From: Lama glama
Lineage: Eukaryota
NCBI GenBank assembly: GCA_028534125.1
Contig: CM052817.1
Coordinates: 8,310,001 to 8,374,000, forward strand
Length of the DNA: 64,000 nucleotides
Direction: 5' to 3'
A model generated the notes under the pieces. It saw only the letters and a list, made by a program, of their open reading frames with translations, was not told where the DNA came from and did no database searches. The translations under genes were made by a program, and so were the position numbers. Positions 13,511-25,720 of this stretch are shown piece after piece (the first letter of the stretch is position 1; every line of letters begins with the position of its first letter).

Positions 13511-14431
13511 AAACAAGTATTTCTCCAGTGAAGACACACAAACAGCCAACAGCACAGGAAGAAAATGCTCAGTATCACTGACTGTTAGACAAATGCAAAT
13601 CAAAACTACAGTGAGGTATCACTTCACACCAGTCAGAATGGCCGTCATTCAAAAGTCCACAAACAATAAATGTGGGAGAGGCTGTGGAGAAAAGGGAGCC
13701 CTCTTACACTGCTGGTAGGAATGTACTTTGGTGCAGCCATTATGGAAAACAGTATGGAGATTCCTCAAAAGACTAAAAACAGGCTTACCATATGATCTAG
13801 CAATCCCCCTCCTGGGCATATATAGAGATGAAACTCTAATTTGAAAAGATACATGCACCCCAGTGTTCATAGCAGCGCTATTTGCAATAGCCAATACATG
13901 GAAGCAACATAAATGTCCATCCATAGATGACTGGATAAAGAAGTTGTGGTATATATATATACAATGGAATTCTACTCACCCATAAAAATAATAAAATAAT
14001 AATTTCATTTGCAGCAACATACATAGACCTGAAGATTATACTACTACTAAGTGAAGTAAACCAGAAAGAGAAAGAAAAATACCTTATATCACTTATATGT
14101 GGAATCTAAAAAATGAGCAAATGAACTTACCTACAAAACAGAAACAAACTCACAGAAGTAGAAACCAAACTTGTAGTTACCAAGGGGGAAAGGTGGGGGT
14201 GGAGAGATAAATTGGGAGTTTGATATTTGCAGATACTATTATGCACAAAATAGATGCACAGCAAGGTCCTTCTGTATAGCACAGGAAACTCTATTCAACA
14301 CCTTGTAGTAACCTATAATGACAAAGAATATGAAAAGAAATATACATACATATGTATATATGTAACTGAATCACTCTGCTGTACACCAGAAATTAACACA
14401 ATATTGTAAACTGACTATACCTCAATAAAAA
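13511..14431 (+). mobile_element. 5'-truncated L1 (ORF2 C-terminus and 3'UTR) with TSD
   Basis: ORF 13506..13718 reads [38 protein letters not shown] aagtcattggt at 13500-13510 and 14432-14442. TT/AAAA target. Confidence 0.95.
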
Positions 14432-15185
14432 AAGTCATTGGTTACTTTTGGAGGATTCCAGGGACCCAAATAATTATTGAGAAAATTGGTAAAGGAAAAT
14501 AAAGGAAAATGTGAAGCATTTATTATATATTTCATTTACCTCAGTATAACTAAATAGTTGGCATGGGAAAGATTATCCTTTATAAAATTATTCCTGTTAA
14601 TAAATTAAGAAGAAAACTTAAGATTAGACCATCACTATTTTGCAACTCCTAATGAAATAATAGATATAGATCATGATTATCAATGGTTACTGACTTCACT
14701 AGGTGAAATGCTAATGGGGAACATTATAGAAGATGGATCAGGAGGATAACACTGAAACCCACTGATCAATCTTAACATCATGTAAGCAGAGGCAATCAGA
14801 CATTAGATGCCTCTGATGAAGCCTCATCATGCCATGAGAAGTCACAAAAAATTGAACCTGAGTGTGATCAAACCTCTGAATCAAACTAACAGTTTTCAGG
14901 AGAAACAGGGGACAGAGGAACATATTAAACACCACCACAGCATGCCCTTGGCAAAATCTAGAGTGTGGGAGACTCTACTGGCAAAATTATATATTATTTC
15001 AACAAGTAAATTGTAAGGAAAAACAAAAGAGGTAGAAGAAGCCCATAGGTTAAAAAAAATTGAAAAGACATACTAATCAATGTAATAAAGAAATGGAGGA
15101 ATTGTGAACAGACTGGATATGGCATTAGTATTAATTTTCTAGACATGATAATGCGATTGTGAACATGCATTGAAAGAGAGGCCTT

Positions 15186-15326
15186 GGGGGGAGGATATAG
15201 CTCAATTGATAGATTGCATGCTTAGCATGCATGAAGTCCTGGGTTCAATCCCCAGTACTTCCTCTAAGAATAAACAAATAAATGAACCTAATTATCTCCC
15301 CCCAACCGAAAAAAAAAAGAAAAGAA
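15186..15326 (+). mobile_element. tRNA-Ala(AGC)-derived SINE (camelid vic-1-like)
   Basis: A box 'tagctcaattgat', anticodon arm 'catgcttagcatgcatg', B box 'gggttcaatccc', unrelated tail and A-tract. TSD agaggcctt/agaggtctt. Confidence 0.9.
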
Positions 15327-15936
15327 AGAGGTCTTGTTTTTGAGAGAGATATTCTAAACTATTTATAGATGAAGTAATACAATGTCTGAAGAATGCTTTG
15401 AAATTATCAGGGGTTAGAGAATGGGAAAGATATAAATGAAATGAAGTGTATCATGAATTGGTAATTGTTGAATGCTGGTAACAGATACATGGAGTTTCAT
15501 TGTATTTTTCTCTCTACTCTGGTATATGTAACTTTTTGCTAATAAATGTTTTAAAACCAGACAAAAAAGCAGTGATGGCCATACTCTATTTTTATGGAAT
15601 TTCTCCGCAGTCTGCTTCTCAAGCTCTTCCTTAAACCCTTTTACTCTTTCCTACCAATCTTGGCTCCACTTGCTGGTCATGTCCTCTCCATCCATGCCCT
15701 ACAGGTAGATGATTTAGTTGGACAGGCTGTCTGACTTTAGTTTTCCTTTTACCATGGAAAGCTGTCTCAGCTGATATAGAGGGCTTGAAAAAGAAAGCCA
15801 GCCCAGTGGAAAGGTGAGTGAGTCATTTTTACGGTAGGCGATCATCGATAGTGACGCTGGTCACCCAGATTGGGCCTGGTTATGGCACAATGTTCCGTGA
15901 AAGCCATGGAAATAATCCTGGTCCTTCCTTATAAGA

Positions 15937-16152
15937 CAGGGATTCTCAGCTGAGCGGCACTAGTGGTGTTTTAGACTGGATAAGTCTTTGCTGTGTAGGG
16001 CTGTTCTGCACACAGTTGGACACTGAGCGACACCCCGGCCTGCACCCACTAGATGTCAGTGGTACTCCCTCCCCCAGTTATGACAACCACCTCCAGACAT
16101 TTCTAAATGTCCCCTGAGAGGCAATGTCTCCTGCCCTCGCTGGGAGCCGCTG
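15937..16152 (-). mobile_element. MER20 hAT-Charlie MITE
   Basis: Termini 'cagggattctcagc'...'gctgggagccgctg'; internal 'cccactagatgtcagtgg...ctccagacatttctaaatgtcccctg'. Confidence 0.85.
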
Positions 16153-16959
16153 TTGTAGGCAAGGCCACGTGAGGCTCTGGTTTGCTGCTCAGAACAAGCA
16201 GAGCAGAAGCCAGCGGCGGAAATTCTTCTACCGCACACAAAATTGTCCCTGGCAAACTCTCAGCTTTGAAGTTGTTCATCTCAGCAGCTGGGCCTCGATT
16301 TCCCCAAGGCGACTCTCACAGCCCCCGTCTGTGGGAGTCAGTTGGTCATCCGTCCTGACAGGGCTCTCCCTGTGGGTGAAGGGGTGTGGCGTCAGACGCA
16401 TCAAAGCCTGCTGGATGCACAGTCGCATCTCTGCACTGTGCTTGCCGGAGCACGACAACTGGGACACTTTGATCCCAGGCTTGTTTTGGTCTGACCAGCA
16501 TCATGAGCTCTGAACCTTACACTGAGTGGTGACATTGATTACACATTCCTTTCGCTGCAAGCCTGCCAGCATAGACACCTATTCATCTTTTTATTTCCTG
16601 GGCCCACCTCCACAGACAACACTTACGTAACCTCCTTAAGGGCCTTTCCCCTGGGGCCAAGGGCTTTCCAAGTAGGTTTGGATGGTGTATCTATTATCAT
16701 TGTCTTTCCCTTGGAAGTTTTGAAGGGGCATCCTGGGTTGGCCCAGCAGAAGGGGTTTTGAGGCTGGGCCTGGACTTGTAGGAGAAGCCAAAATCTCAGA
16801 ATGAGCAAGCGGGGAGGAATAGTGTGGAGGGCCAAAAATCAAATCAGAAGGGAAGGCCAAAGGTTCTTCCAGTGCTAAGATGATGAGCCCACCTCTTGGA
16901 TGGAGGGGGTGGAACCTGGGATGATTGCACGTAACGGTAGCTGTCCTTTGAGGCATTTG

Positions 16960-17150
16960 TTAGGCAAATATTTAATGGCCACTAGCTCTGTGCCAGACAC
17001 TGTATTTGTGTGCTTCTCAGCACCTCCCCATGTGGCAGGCTCTGCTGTCCTGGGAATGGAGGCAGAGAGCAGTTGAGGTACCTGCTCAAAGTCACAGAGC
17101 TGGGATGCGGAAGGTGAGGGTGGGAACACAGTCTGTCTGACCCTGGAACT
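16960..17150 (-). mobile_element. L2 tail and MIR fragment
   Basis: 'caaatatttaatggccactagctctgtgccagacactgt'; 'tgctcaaagtcacagagc...gtctgtctgaccctgga'. Confidence 0.6.
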
Positions 17151-17431
17151 CAGACGTGAACTGCAGAGGTGTGCACTGCTCTTGGAGCAGAATACGCCTC
17201 TAGGACTGGCACCTGGGAGGGCTGGCCTAGTTTAAGATCAGGACAAGGTGGATGAGAAAATGACTTTGATCATTCTTCCAGGGGGAGGGGGGAACTAGGA
17301 AGGAGAGGAAGAGGCCTCTGGTGACAAAGGCTGAAGCCGAGCAAGGGGTGTTTGGTTTATAAGCCTCCTAAGGAAGACGTGGCTGAGAGCCTGAGCCCCT
17401 GCGTTCTTGTCCCATTGCCTGCGGCAAAGGC

Positions 17432-17820
17432 TGCATGCATTTGCTAGGGCTGCCATGACAAAGTGCTGTACACTGGGGCCCACACAGCATAAATGCGTGA
17501 TCTCACGGCTCTAGAGGCTGGAAGTTCAGGATCAAGGTGTCAGCAGAGCTGGTTTCTTCTGAGGCTGCAGTCTGTTCTAGGCCCTTCCCCTCGATACTGC
17601 GCTTTGCTGGCGACCTTAGGTGTCCTTTGGCTTATGTGTAACCCTGATCTCTGCCTCCAACTTCATGTGATGTTCCCCCTATGGCTGTGTCTGTCTCTGT
17701 GCTCAAATTTCCTCTTTTTAATAAGTACACCAGGTATATTGGATTAGGGCCCAACTTAATGACTTTTTTAACCTTGTCATCTATAAAACCCTACTTCCAA
17801 ATAACATCACATTCACAGGG
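17432..17820 (-). mobile_element. MLT1B/C MaLR LTR
   Basis: 'ttgctagggctgccatgacaaagtgc...ctagaggctggaagttcaggatcaaggtgtcagcag...ccctacttccaaataacatcacattcacagg'. Confidence 0.85.
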
Positions 17821-18989
17821 GGCATCCCAGCAGAGGACACTGTCACTATTAGTCGGGGCTTCAGTCCCAAACTCCTTTGTGGGCTGGGCTGGACCATGTG
17901 ACATCAGTGGGATAGCCGTACCCCTTGAATACAAGACTTTGGAGGTTAGCTTGGACAGTTTCCTTTGTCCCTTCCTCTCCCTCTTTCCTGCCCTACATGA
18001 CCCTTTGGGTACTAGTGAGTGAAGGAAACATAAGGCCACTAGGGTCTGGCAGCACTGGGAGAAAACACAGGGGAGAGACCTGTGGCAGTTTTACGTATAA
18101 TTCTTCAGTCTTGTCTCTTCAGTGCCATCTTTTGTTCTCCCGTCCTGTTTGTGTGAGCTTGAAGCTCCATGTTCTTTATGGTCCTTGTCATAGAGCTTTT
18201 TCTTTAAAAAGTAGGCTTTCCTTTACTTCCAGCTTCCTTCCAACCACTCCTCCTTACTTCCTTTTCCTTTTCTGTTTTTGGTGGGGGAAGAGGGAAGAGG
18301 AGGTATAGTGGAAGGAAGAAGACATATTCGTCTCTTAGGGGACAGAGTGTAGTGAGTGTAACTTGACAAGGGCACAGGTGGGAACTCTAAATCTTCCTTC
18401 TTGCTCTAGTGTTTATCCCTTTTCTTTCACCTTCTTCTCTGCAACTGGAGGGACCAAGGGTGTTTAATCCCCAGGACTGGTAGATTCTGGAGCTGGAGTG
18501 TGATGTGGACCACACGGAGGTAGGAGTAGGGAAAAGAAGATGATAATGTCCCTTCTGATAATATAACATCCACTCCTGGCTGAGCTTTGCTAGATATTAA
18601 TAGATAAACTGTTTCGAGTAGCTTGTTTCATTCCCATGTGTAAATGTCAGGTAATCCGACTGTACTGGGACATTTGCACTTCATAAAAGTGTTGTTATTA
18701 ACCATCATCTTTGATTGGCAAAATAATGAGCTAAATGATGAAGGAAACAAGAAGCTAACACTTCTGAGCCTGTATTAAGCATCCAGCACTGCCTTAGGGA
18801 CTTCTGCATACATTGTATCAGACTACAGACTATGCAATCCATAGATGTGTTGTTGAATCTTTTGAAGTCAGAGAAGCTGGTAAGATTATTTTCATTTTGC
18901 TATGAAGACGCAAAGGCACATGCGTCTGGATAATTTAACTAAGGTTAGGCAATATTTCTATGTATCAGAGGCTTTGTTGATAAATGGCT

Positions 18990-20217
18990 TTTTGTTATGC
19001 AATGTTGCTGAACTCATTTCTAGTTAAAAATTTTTTTTAATTGATTCCTTAGGATTTTCTATATACACAATTAAATCATTTGTGAACAGACATAGACTTC
19101 TTGTTTTCCAATCTGGATCCTTCTATTTCTGATTCTTGCCTGATTTGCTCTGGCTAGAACCTCTTGTACAATATTGAAATGAAAGTGTCAGAGAGTAGAC
19201 ATCCTTGTCTTGTTCCTACTCTTAGAGAAAAAGCTTTGTCTTTCGTCATTAAGTGTCATACTAATTGTGGCTAGATGCCTTCATCAGATTGAGGGCATTT
19301 CCTTCTATTTCTAGTTTGCTTAGTTTTTTTTTTTTAAATCATGAAAGGGCTTACATTTTGTCATAATTTTTTTCTGTCTTTTGAGATGGTCATGTGGTTA
19401 GATCCTTATTCTATTAATAAGATGTATTGCATTGATTGATTTTCATATATTGAACCAACCGCATTTCTGGGATAAGTCATGGTGTATAACCCTTTTTTAC
19501 ACGTTGTTGGATTCCGTTTGCTGGCATTTTGTTGAGTATCTGTATTCATAAGGGCCGTTGGTCTGTAGTTTTATACTCTTGTGATGTATCTTTGATTTTG
19601 GTATTAGGATAAAAATGGCTTTACAGAATAAGTTGGGGAATGTTTTATCTTCTATTTTTTGAAACAGTTTGTGAAAGATTGAGGGTTGGTATTAATTCAT
19701 CTTTAAGCACTTGTCATATTGATCAATAAAGACAATAATAAATCCTTCTTGCAGGATTTTTTTTTGCAAGAAGTTTTAAAATAACTTATTTAATCTTTTA
19801 ATTTGTTATAAATCTGTTATTATTTTCTATTTTCTTCCTGAGCCAGTTTCAGTGGTTTGTATCTTTCCAGGATTTTGCTGATTTCATCTTGGTTATGTAC
19901 TTTGTTCATAGCAATCCCTTATGATCTTTTTCATTTCTGTGAAGTAGGTAGTGATGTCCTATCTTTCATTCTTCATAAACTTTTTAGTAATTTGTTCTCT
20001 CTTCTCTCTCTGTATCAGTCTAACTAAAGGTTTGTCAATTTTATTGGTTTTTTAAAGAAATAGTTTTTGCTTCTGTTGATTTTTCTCTGCTGTTTTCCTA
20101 TTCTCTATTTGCTTTATTTTCTCTCTAGTCTTTATTATTTCTTTACCCTGCTTACTATGGTTTCAGTTTACTCTTTTTTTTTTGTTTCTTAAGATGGAAA
20201 GTTGATTTACTTATTTG

Positions 20218-20272
<55 letters not shown>

Positions 20273-20880
20273 CGTATTTTAAAGGTATAGGCATTTACAG
20301 CTATCAATTTTTCTCTAAGCACTGCTTTAGAAGAATACATTTTGGTATGTTGTGTTTCTGTTTATATTCATCTCAAAGTATTTTCTAATATTCCTTGTGA
20401 CTTCTTCTTTGACCCATTAATTATGTGGCACGTGTTGATTAATTGTCACATATTTGTGAACTTAAATATGTGAACTTATCAGGTTTATTTTTGTGATTGA
20501 TTTCTAGTTTTATTCCATTGTGATAGAATCACACTTTGTATAATTTCAACCCTTTTCAATTTACTGAAGCTTATTTTGTCAATTGACTTATGGTCTATTC
20601 TGGAGAATGCTTTATTATATGCTTTATAAGAGTGTGTATTCTGTCATTGTTGGGTGTAGGATTCTATAGATGTCTGTTAGGTGTAGTTAGTATTGTTCAA
20701 GTCTTCCATTTCCCCATTGATATTCTGCCTATTTGTTCTATCTATTATTAAAAGTGGGATGTTACTTGAGTCCCTAACCTGTTATTTTTCAATTGCTTGT
20801 TTTTGCCATTAATTCTGTCCATTTTTCCTTCATTTTTTTCCCCCAAATTCTCTTGTTAGGTGCGTATATAATGACACATT
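18990..20880 (-). mobile_element. Old L1 ORF2 fragment (EN to RT region)
   Basis: Antisense L1 'ctggctagaacctc...gagagtagacatccttgtcttgttcct'; ORF 20155..20340(-) begins with the ORF2 motif KAVLREKLIAVNAY. Confidence 0.9.
20219..20270 (+). repeat. (TA)n(TG)~20 compound microsatellite
   Basis: Directly visible. Confidence 0.95.
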
Positions 20881-21773
20881 TTTTTTCTTCCCATCACTTT
20901 TAAAAAATTTTTTTTATTGACTTATAATCATTTCAAAATGTTATGTCAAATTCCAGTGTAGAGCACAATTTTTCAGTTATATATGAACATATATATATTC
21001 ATTGTCACATTTTTTTCTCTGTGAGCTACCATAAGATCTTGAGTATATTTCGCTGTGCTATACAGTATAATCTTGTTTATCTTGTTTTGAAATCCTGTCA
21101 ATCCCTTCCCACACTCTGCCCCCTTGGCAANNNNNNNNNNNNNNNNNNNNNNNNNNNNNNNNNNNNNNNNNNNNNNNNNNNNNNNNNNNNNNNNNNNNNN
21201 NNNNNNNNNNNNNNNNNNNNNNNNNNNNNNNNNNNNNNNNNNNNNNNNNNNNNNNNNNNNNNNNNNNNNNNNNNNNNNNNNNNNNNNNNNNNNNNNNNNN
21301 NNNNNNNNNNNNNNNNNNNNNNNNNNNNNNNNNNNNNNNNNNNNNNNNNNNNNNNNNNNNNNNNNNNNNNNNNNNNNNNNNNNNNNNNNNNNNNNNNNNN
21401 NNNNNNNNNNNNNNNNNNNNNNNNNNNNNNNNNNNNNNNNNNNNNNNNNNNNNNNNNNNNNNNNNNNNNNNNNNNNNNNNNNNNNNNNNNNNNNNNNNNN
21501 NNNNNNNNNNNNNNNNNNNNNNNNNNNNNNNNNNNNNNNNNNNNNNNNNNNNNNNNNNNNNNNNNNNNNNNNNNNNNNNNNNNNNNNNNNNNNNNNNNNN
21601 NNNNNNNNNNNNNNNNNNNNNNNNNNNNNNAGGAATCTCCATACTGTTTTCCACAGTAGCTGCACCAAACTGCATTCCCACCAGCAGTGTAGGAGGGTTC
21701 CCCTTTCTCCATAGCCTCTCCAGTATTTGTCATTTGTGGATTTTTGAATGATGGCCATTCTGACTGGTGTGAG
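20881..21773 (-). mobile_element. Young L1 3' fragment nested in the old L1, spanning the assembly gap
   Basis: Same 3' end as 3331-4568; ORF2 motif [14 protein letters not shown] right of the gap; candidate TSD gacacatt (20873-20880)/gacaaatt (21774-21781). Confidence 0.9.
21131..21630. other. Assembly gap (500 N)
   Basis: Run of N. Confidence 1.
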
Positions 21774-21799
21774 GACAAATTGCTATGCCTTGTTTATAT

Positions 21800-23740
21800 T
21801 GATTTTTTTAAACAAGAAGTTTACGATTTCTTTAGTTTTTCTTTGTTTTTTAAATTTTATTAATTTAAATTTTTATTACATCCTTTGTTGTACTTTGGAT
21901 TTCTTATTTTTAATTTATTAGTTAAGATATCTGATCTTGGACATGTAAAAATTTTGACAATATAAGTGTTGATGTTATAAAACTTTGTCTAAGCACTGCT
22001 TTTTTTGCATCTCACAGATTTTGATATAGTACGTTTCATACATTTTTGAAATATTTTCTAATTTTCCTTGTTTCAATTTCTTTTTGAAAAATGAGTTATT
22101 TTGAAGTGATTGTTTTCCCAGATATTTGAGATTTTCCTGATATTTTTCTGTTTTTGACTTTTCATTTAATTATGTTGTAGAAAGAGAAAATAGACTGTAT
22201 GATTTCCATTCTTTAAAATGTACTGAGACTCTTAATGGCCCAGCAGATGGTATACCTCAGTGAATTTTCCATGCACACTTGAAAATGATCTATATTCTGT
22301 TGTTTGGGTACTTGTGCTATAAATGCCAATTAGATCCAGTTGTAGGTAAATGTTTAAGTCTTCTATTAGACTCTACTGCATTTAATTTGTCTATCAACTA
22401 CTAGAAGAAGAGTGTTGAAATCTCAAACTATAACTGGGATCTGTTCATTTCTCCTCTAGCTATGTCAGTGTTTACTTCACGTAATTTGAAACTATGTTAA
22501 TTATACATCCACACATTTAAGACTGGGGATCTTTTTGATAAATTAAACGTTTTGTTATAATGAAATGTCCCTCTTTATCACTCATAATATTCTTTGTCCT
22601 AAAGTCTACTTTGATGTTAATACAGTCACCCAGTTTTCTTATTATCAGTGTTTGCATTTTATATCATTTTGTATCCTTTTAATTTTACAGTGTAAGACCC
22701 TTACAACAGTCTATTTCTGTTCTAACCAACCATTATACTATTGTTGTAATGCTTATAGATGTTATAAATTATATGATGTGTTGCTCTTACTTTTTTCTTT
22801 AAACAACTTACTTCTAAAGAATTGAAACATGAGAATTTTCTTTTACTTTTATACAGATAGTTATCAATTAAACAGTTCTGAATTCTTTTGAGTAGACCCA
22901 AGTTTCTATATGATATCATTTTCTTTTTGTCCCAAGAACTTCCTTTAACATTTCTTGTAGTGGAGACAACCTCAATAAATTCTTCTAGTTTTTGCTTATC
23001 TGAAAATATTTTAAATTACTCTTCACTTTTGAAAGATGTTTTCACTGGATTTAGAATGACATTTTTTCCCCTTTCAGCGCTTTAAAGATGTTTTATTGTC
23101 TTTTGTCTTGCATTGTTTGTGATACGAAATCTGCAGTCATTCTTATCTTTGTTTTCCTGAATATAATGTGTCATTTTTACTTATGGGTTTTTTGAAGATT
23201 TTTCTCTTCATCACTGGTGTATAGCAATTTGATTATGCTTAGCTTTGGTGTGGATTTCTTTGTTTTTGTTTTGCTTGGAGATTGTTGAAATTTTTGACTG
23301 TGTGTGTTTGTATTTTCTATCAAATTTGAATAAAACTCCAGCCATATTTTCTGTAAATATTCTTTTCTGCCTGTCTCATTTTTTCAGATTACAGCTGCAT
23401 TTATATTACATTTCTTTATATTGTCCCTCATTGTTACTGTTAATTAAAAAATTTAACAAATTTTTTTCTGTCTTTTCTCCCCTTTGTCCTTAAGTCTGAA
23501 TCATTCCTATTGCTATGTTTTCAGATTGTATTGCTATATCTTTTTCCTGTTCGTGTGTAATCTGTTATTAATACCACTGAATGAGTTTTTCATTTCAGGG
23601 CTAGGAGGCCTCACTGATTCTATTATTTCTTCCATTTCTCCCCTCATCATTTTCATGCTTTCTTATAAATCATTTTATATTTATAAATATAAATATAAAT
23701 ATAAAACTTTAAAATGCTTCAATTATCTGTGTTATTGGAT
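21800..23740 (-). mobile_element. Second, more diverged old L1 (ORF2 EN region, then ORF1/5' region)
   Basis: 'ctaagcactgctttttttgcatctcacagattttgatat', 'cactttgaaagatgttttcactggat...ttcagcgctttaaagatg...gaaatctgcagtcattcttatc'. Confidence 0.8.
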
Positions 23741-23799
23741 CTAATTTTATTGACAAAAAGGTTCTTGTGCATGGAAATGTCTCTGCAGTTTGCTCTCTG

Positions 23800-24190
23800 T
23801 TTCAGTTGGTAGTGCATTTAGCTTCAAGTAACTGAAATAAAGAAATGGAAACTTCTTTGTCTCATAAAATATCTGGTACTAGCTCAACAGCTCAATAATG
23901 TAAGAATTTTTGTTATTCTTTTGTTTTTCTTATGTTGATAACCTCATTATTTCAAGAAAACTGAAAACCGCCAGACCTCACAGTTGTATTCCAAGTAGGA
24001 AGAACATCATGCCTCAAATCTATATTTTTCCCCCACCAGTGGTGGTTTTCTAGACATTCAACTGAATAGACTTCTACATTATTGACCAGGACTGAGTCAC
24101 ATGACGTCCTCTAAACTAACCACTAGTCAAGTCAAACAAGATCACTACAACTGATTTAGAGCAAAGATAAATCTTCTCTTTGGACTATGA
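23800..24190 (-). mobile_element. Ancient MLT1 (J/K/L-type) LTR
   Basis: 'catttagcttcaagtaactgaaa', 'ttattgaccaggactgagtcacatgac...taaactaaccact'. Confidence 0.55.
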
Positions 24191-24667
24191 TAGCAGGGAG
24201 GTGAACGCTGAGGAAGAGACACGCCCATGCTCTGTAGTGGCACACGTCAAGTTCACTGTCAGAATGGCATTTGATCTCATCCTGTAGGAAATCTGATGCG
24301 AGAGGAGAGAGGCAAGAACAATGTGTGCAGCCTCCAGTGTTGTCCAGATTCAAACAAGTAGAGGTCAGAAGCAAATTATAAGACTTTTTGGAACTGTTGA
24401 GGTTCTGCAGTCTTTTATACACAGAGAGGCAACTGAATTGCAGAGTTTTATATCAGCTGAAGTGTCTGGTAGCACACAAGGTAGGGACAGTCACAATAAA
24501 CTGAAAAAAAAAAGACACTGGTGAACTCCAGTTTCTTAGAAGTTTTTATTGCAAGCTGTGTGACCTTGAACAAATTAACCTCTCTAAGCTTCAATTTCTT
24601 CATCAACAACTAGAAATAACAATACAGTTTTGGGAGGGGTTAGGAGAGACACTGTGTCTAGCTAAAA

Positions 24668-25173
24668 GTTGAGTTCTCAAAGATTTGGGTGTCAGGCCAC
24701 TTCACACACTAAGAAACTATTGACTCCAAAGAGCTATTGTTTGCGTTCACCATAGCTACTGGTCTTTACCATATTAAAAATTAAAGCAGAATTTTAAAAT
24801 GTATGCATTTATTAATTTATTAACAATAACAATGAAAATATTTTGCATGATAAAATAAATAACATTTTAAATGAAACATAACTATATTTTCCAAAACTTG
24901 GGGAAAAAAGGTGAAAAGACTGGCATTGTATTACATTTTTGCAAGTCTCTTCTGGTTTAGTAGAAGACAACAAGATTTTCCTGTTTGTTTCTTCATTCAA
25001 TCTCTTGTGGTATCACAAGATATGTAGGCTCTGGAAAACTCCATTGTACACTTACAAATGAGTAAGAGTGAAAAAGTCAAATAACGTTTTAGCATTCTTA
25101 TGAAAATAATTTTGATTTCACGGGCTCCCCTGAAAGTATCTCTGGGAGTCCTTGAACCAATATTGAAAACTGT
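24668..25173 (+). mobile_element. hAT-Charlie non-autonomous element (Charlie4-like)
   Basis: Terminal 'gagttctcaaagatttgggtgtcagg' and 'ccaatattgaaaactg'; internal 'tagcattcttatgaaaataattttgatttcacgg'. Confidence 0.7.
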
Positions 25174-25209
25174 TGGATAAGAAAAACAGCTCTTCCTATC
25201 TCGAGCAAA

Positions 25210-25370
25210 CATGGACAAGATGTTAAATGCATTTGTGTCTCAGTTATGTCATCTGTGAAATGGAGCTAATAATATTGCATATTTTATAGGACTGCTCTCT
25301 GAAGATTACATAAATTCCCTTAAAATAGTGTGTGGAATTTAGTAAGTGCTCGATGTCAGTTAATATTACT
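25210..25370 (+). mobile_element. MIR SINE
   Basis: 'gtctcagttatgtcatctgtgaaatggagctaataata'. Confidence 0.7.
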
Positions 25371-25519
25371 CCTTACTTAATATACAACAATTCCTTCAGA
25401 GTAGAGGGAACCTTTGAAACATTTTGTTTGAGAAGTGGAAGGAGCAAACCTCTAGTTTTATTCAAAGGGGCTCAAAATTTGGGTAAAATGGCCACTTTGG
25501 GAAGTAATAATGAATGCAT

Positions 25520-25720
25520 TCTATCTACGCAGCATTGTCAATCATTTCTGCAGCCATTATCTCACTTACTTCTTCCAACAAACTGTGATACGAGTGAGGC
25601 ATATTTATGGTCCCCATTTTTACATAGCAATCAACTGAGACTCTGAGGTTAAATGACTTGGGCAAAGTCAGATATCGCTAAAGAGAACCCTTATCTTCTG
25701 GTTTCACATCCCATGCCTTT
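25520..25720 (-). mobile_element. MIR SINE
   Basis: 'tccccatttttacatagcaatcaactgagactctgaggttaaatgacttgggcaaagtca'. Confidence 0.75.

Larger units (their letters stand above)
13150..15560 (+). mobile_element. Old L1MC-type 3'UTR, host to a younger L1 and a SINE
   Basis: 'ccactggaaaagcctagaaag...cccagtagcaatgagaac', 'atacatggagtttcattgtatttttctctctact', ending 'aataaatgttttaaaa'. Confidence 0.75.

Noticed and set aside
15191..15263. Functional tRNA-Ala gene
   Set aside because: Mutated D arm, SINE tail, A-tract and TSD identify it as a SINE.
20943..21778. 196-261 aa ORFs
   Set aside because: Artefacts of translating through the N gap.
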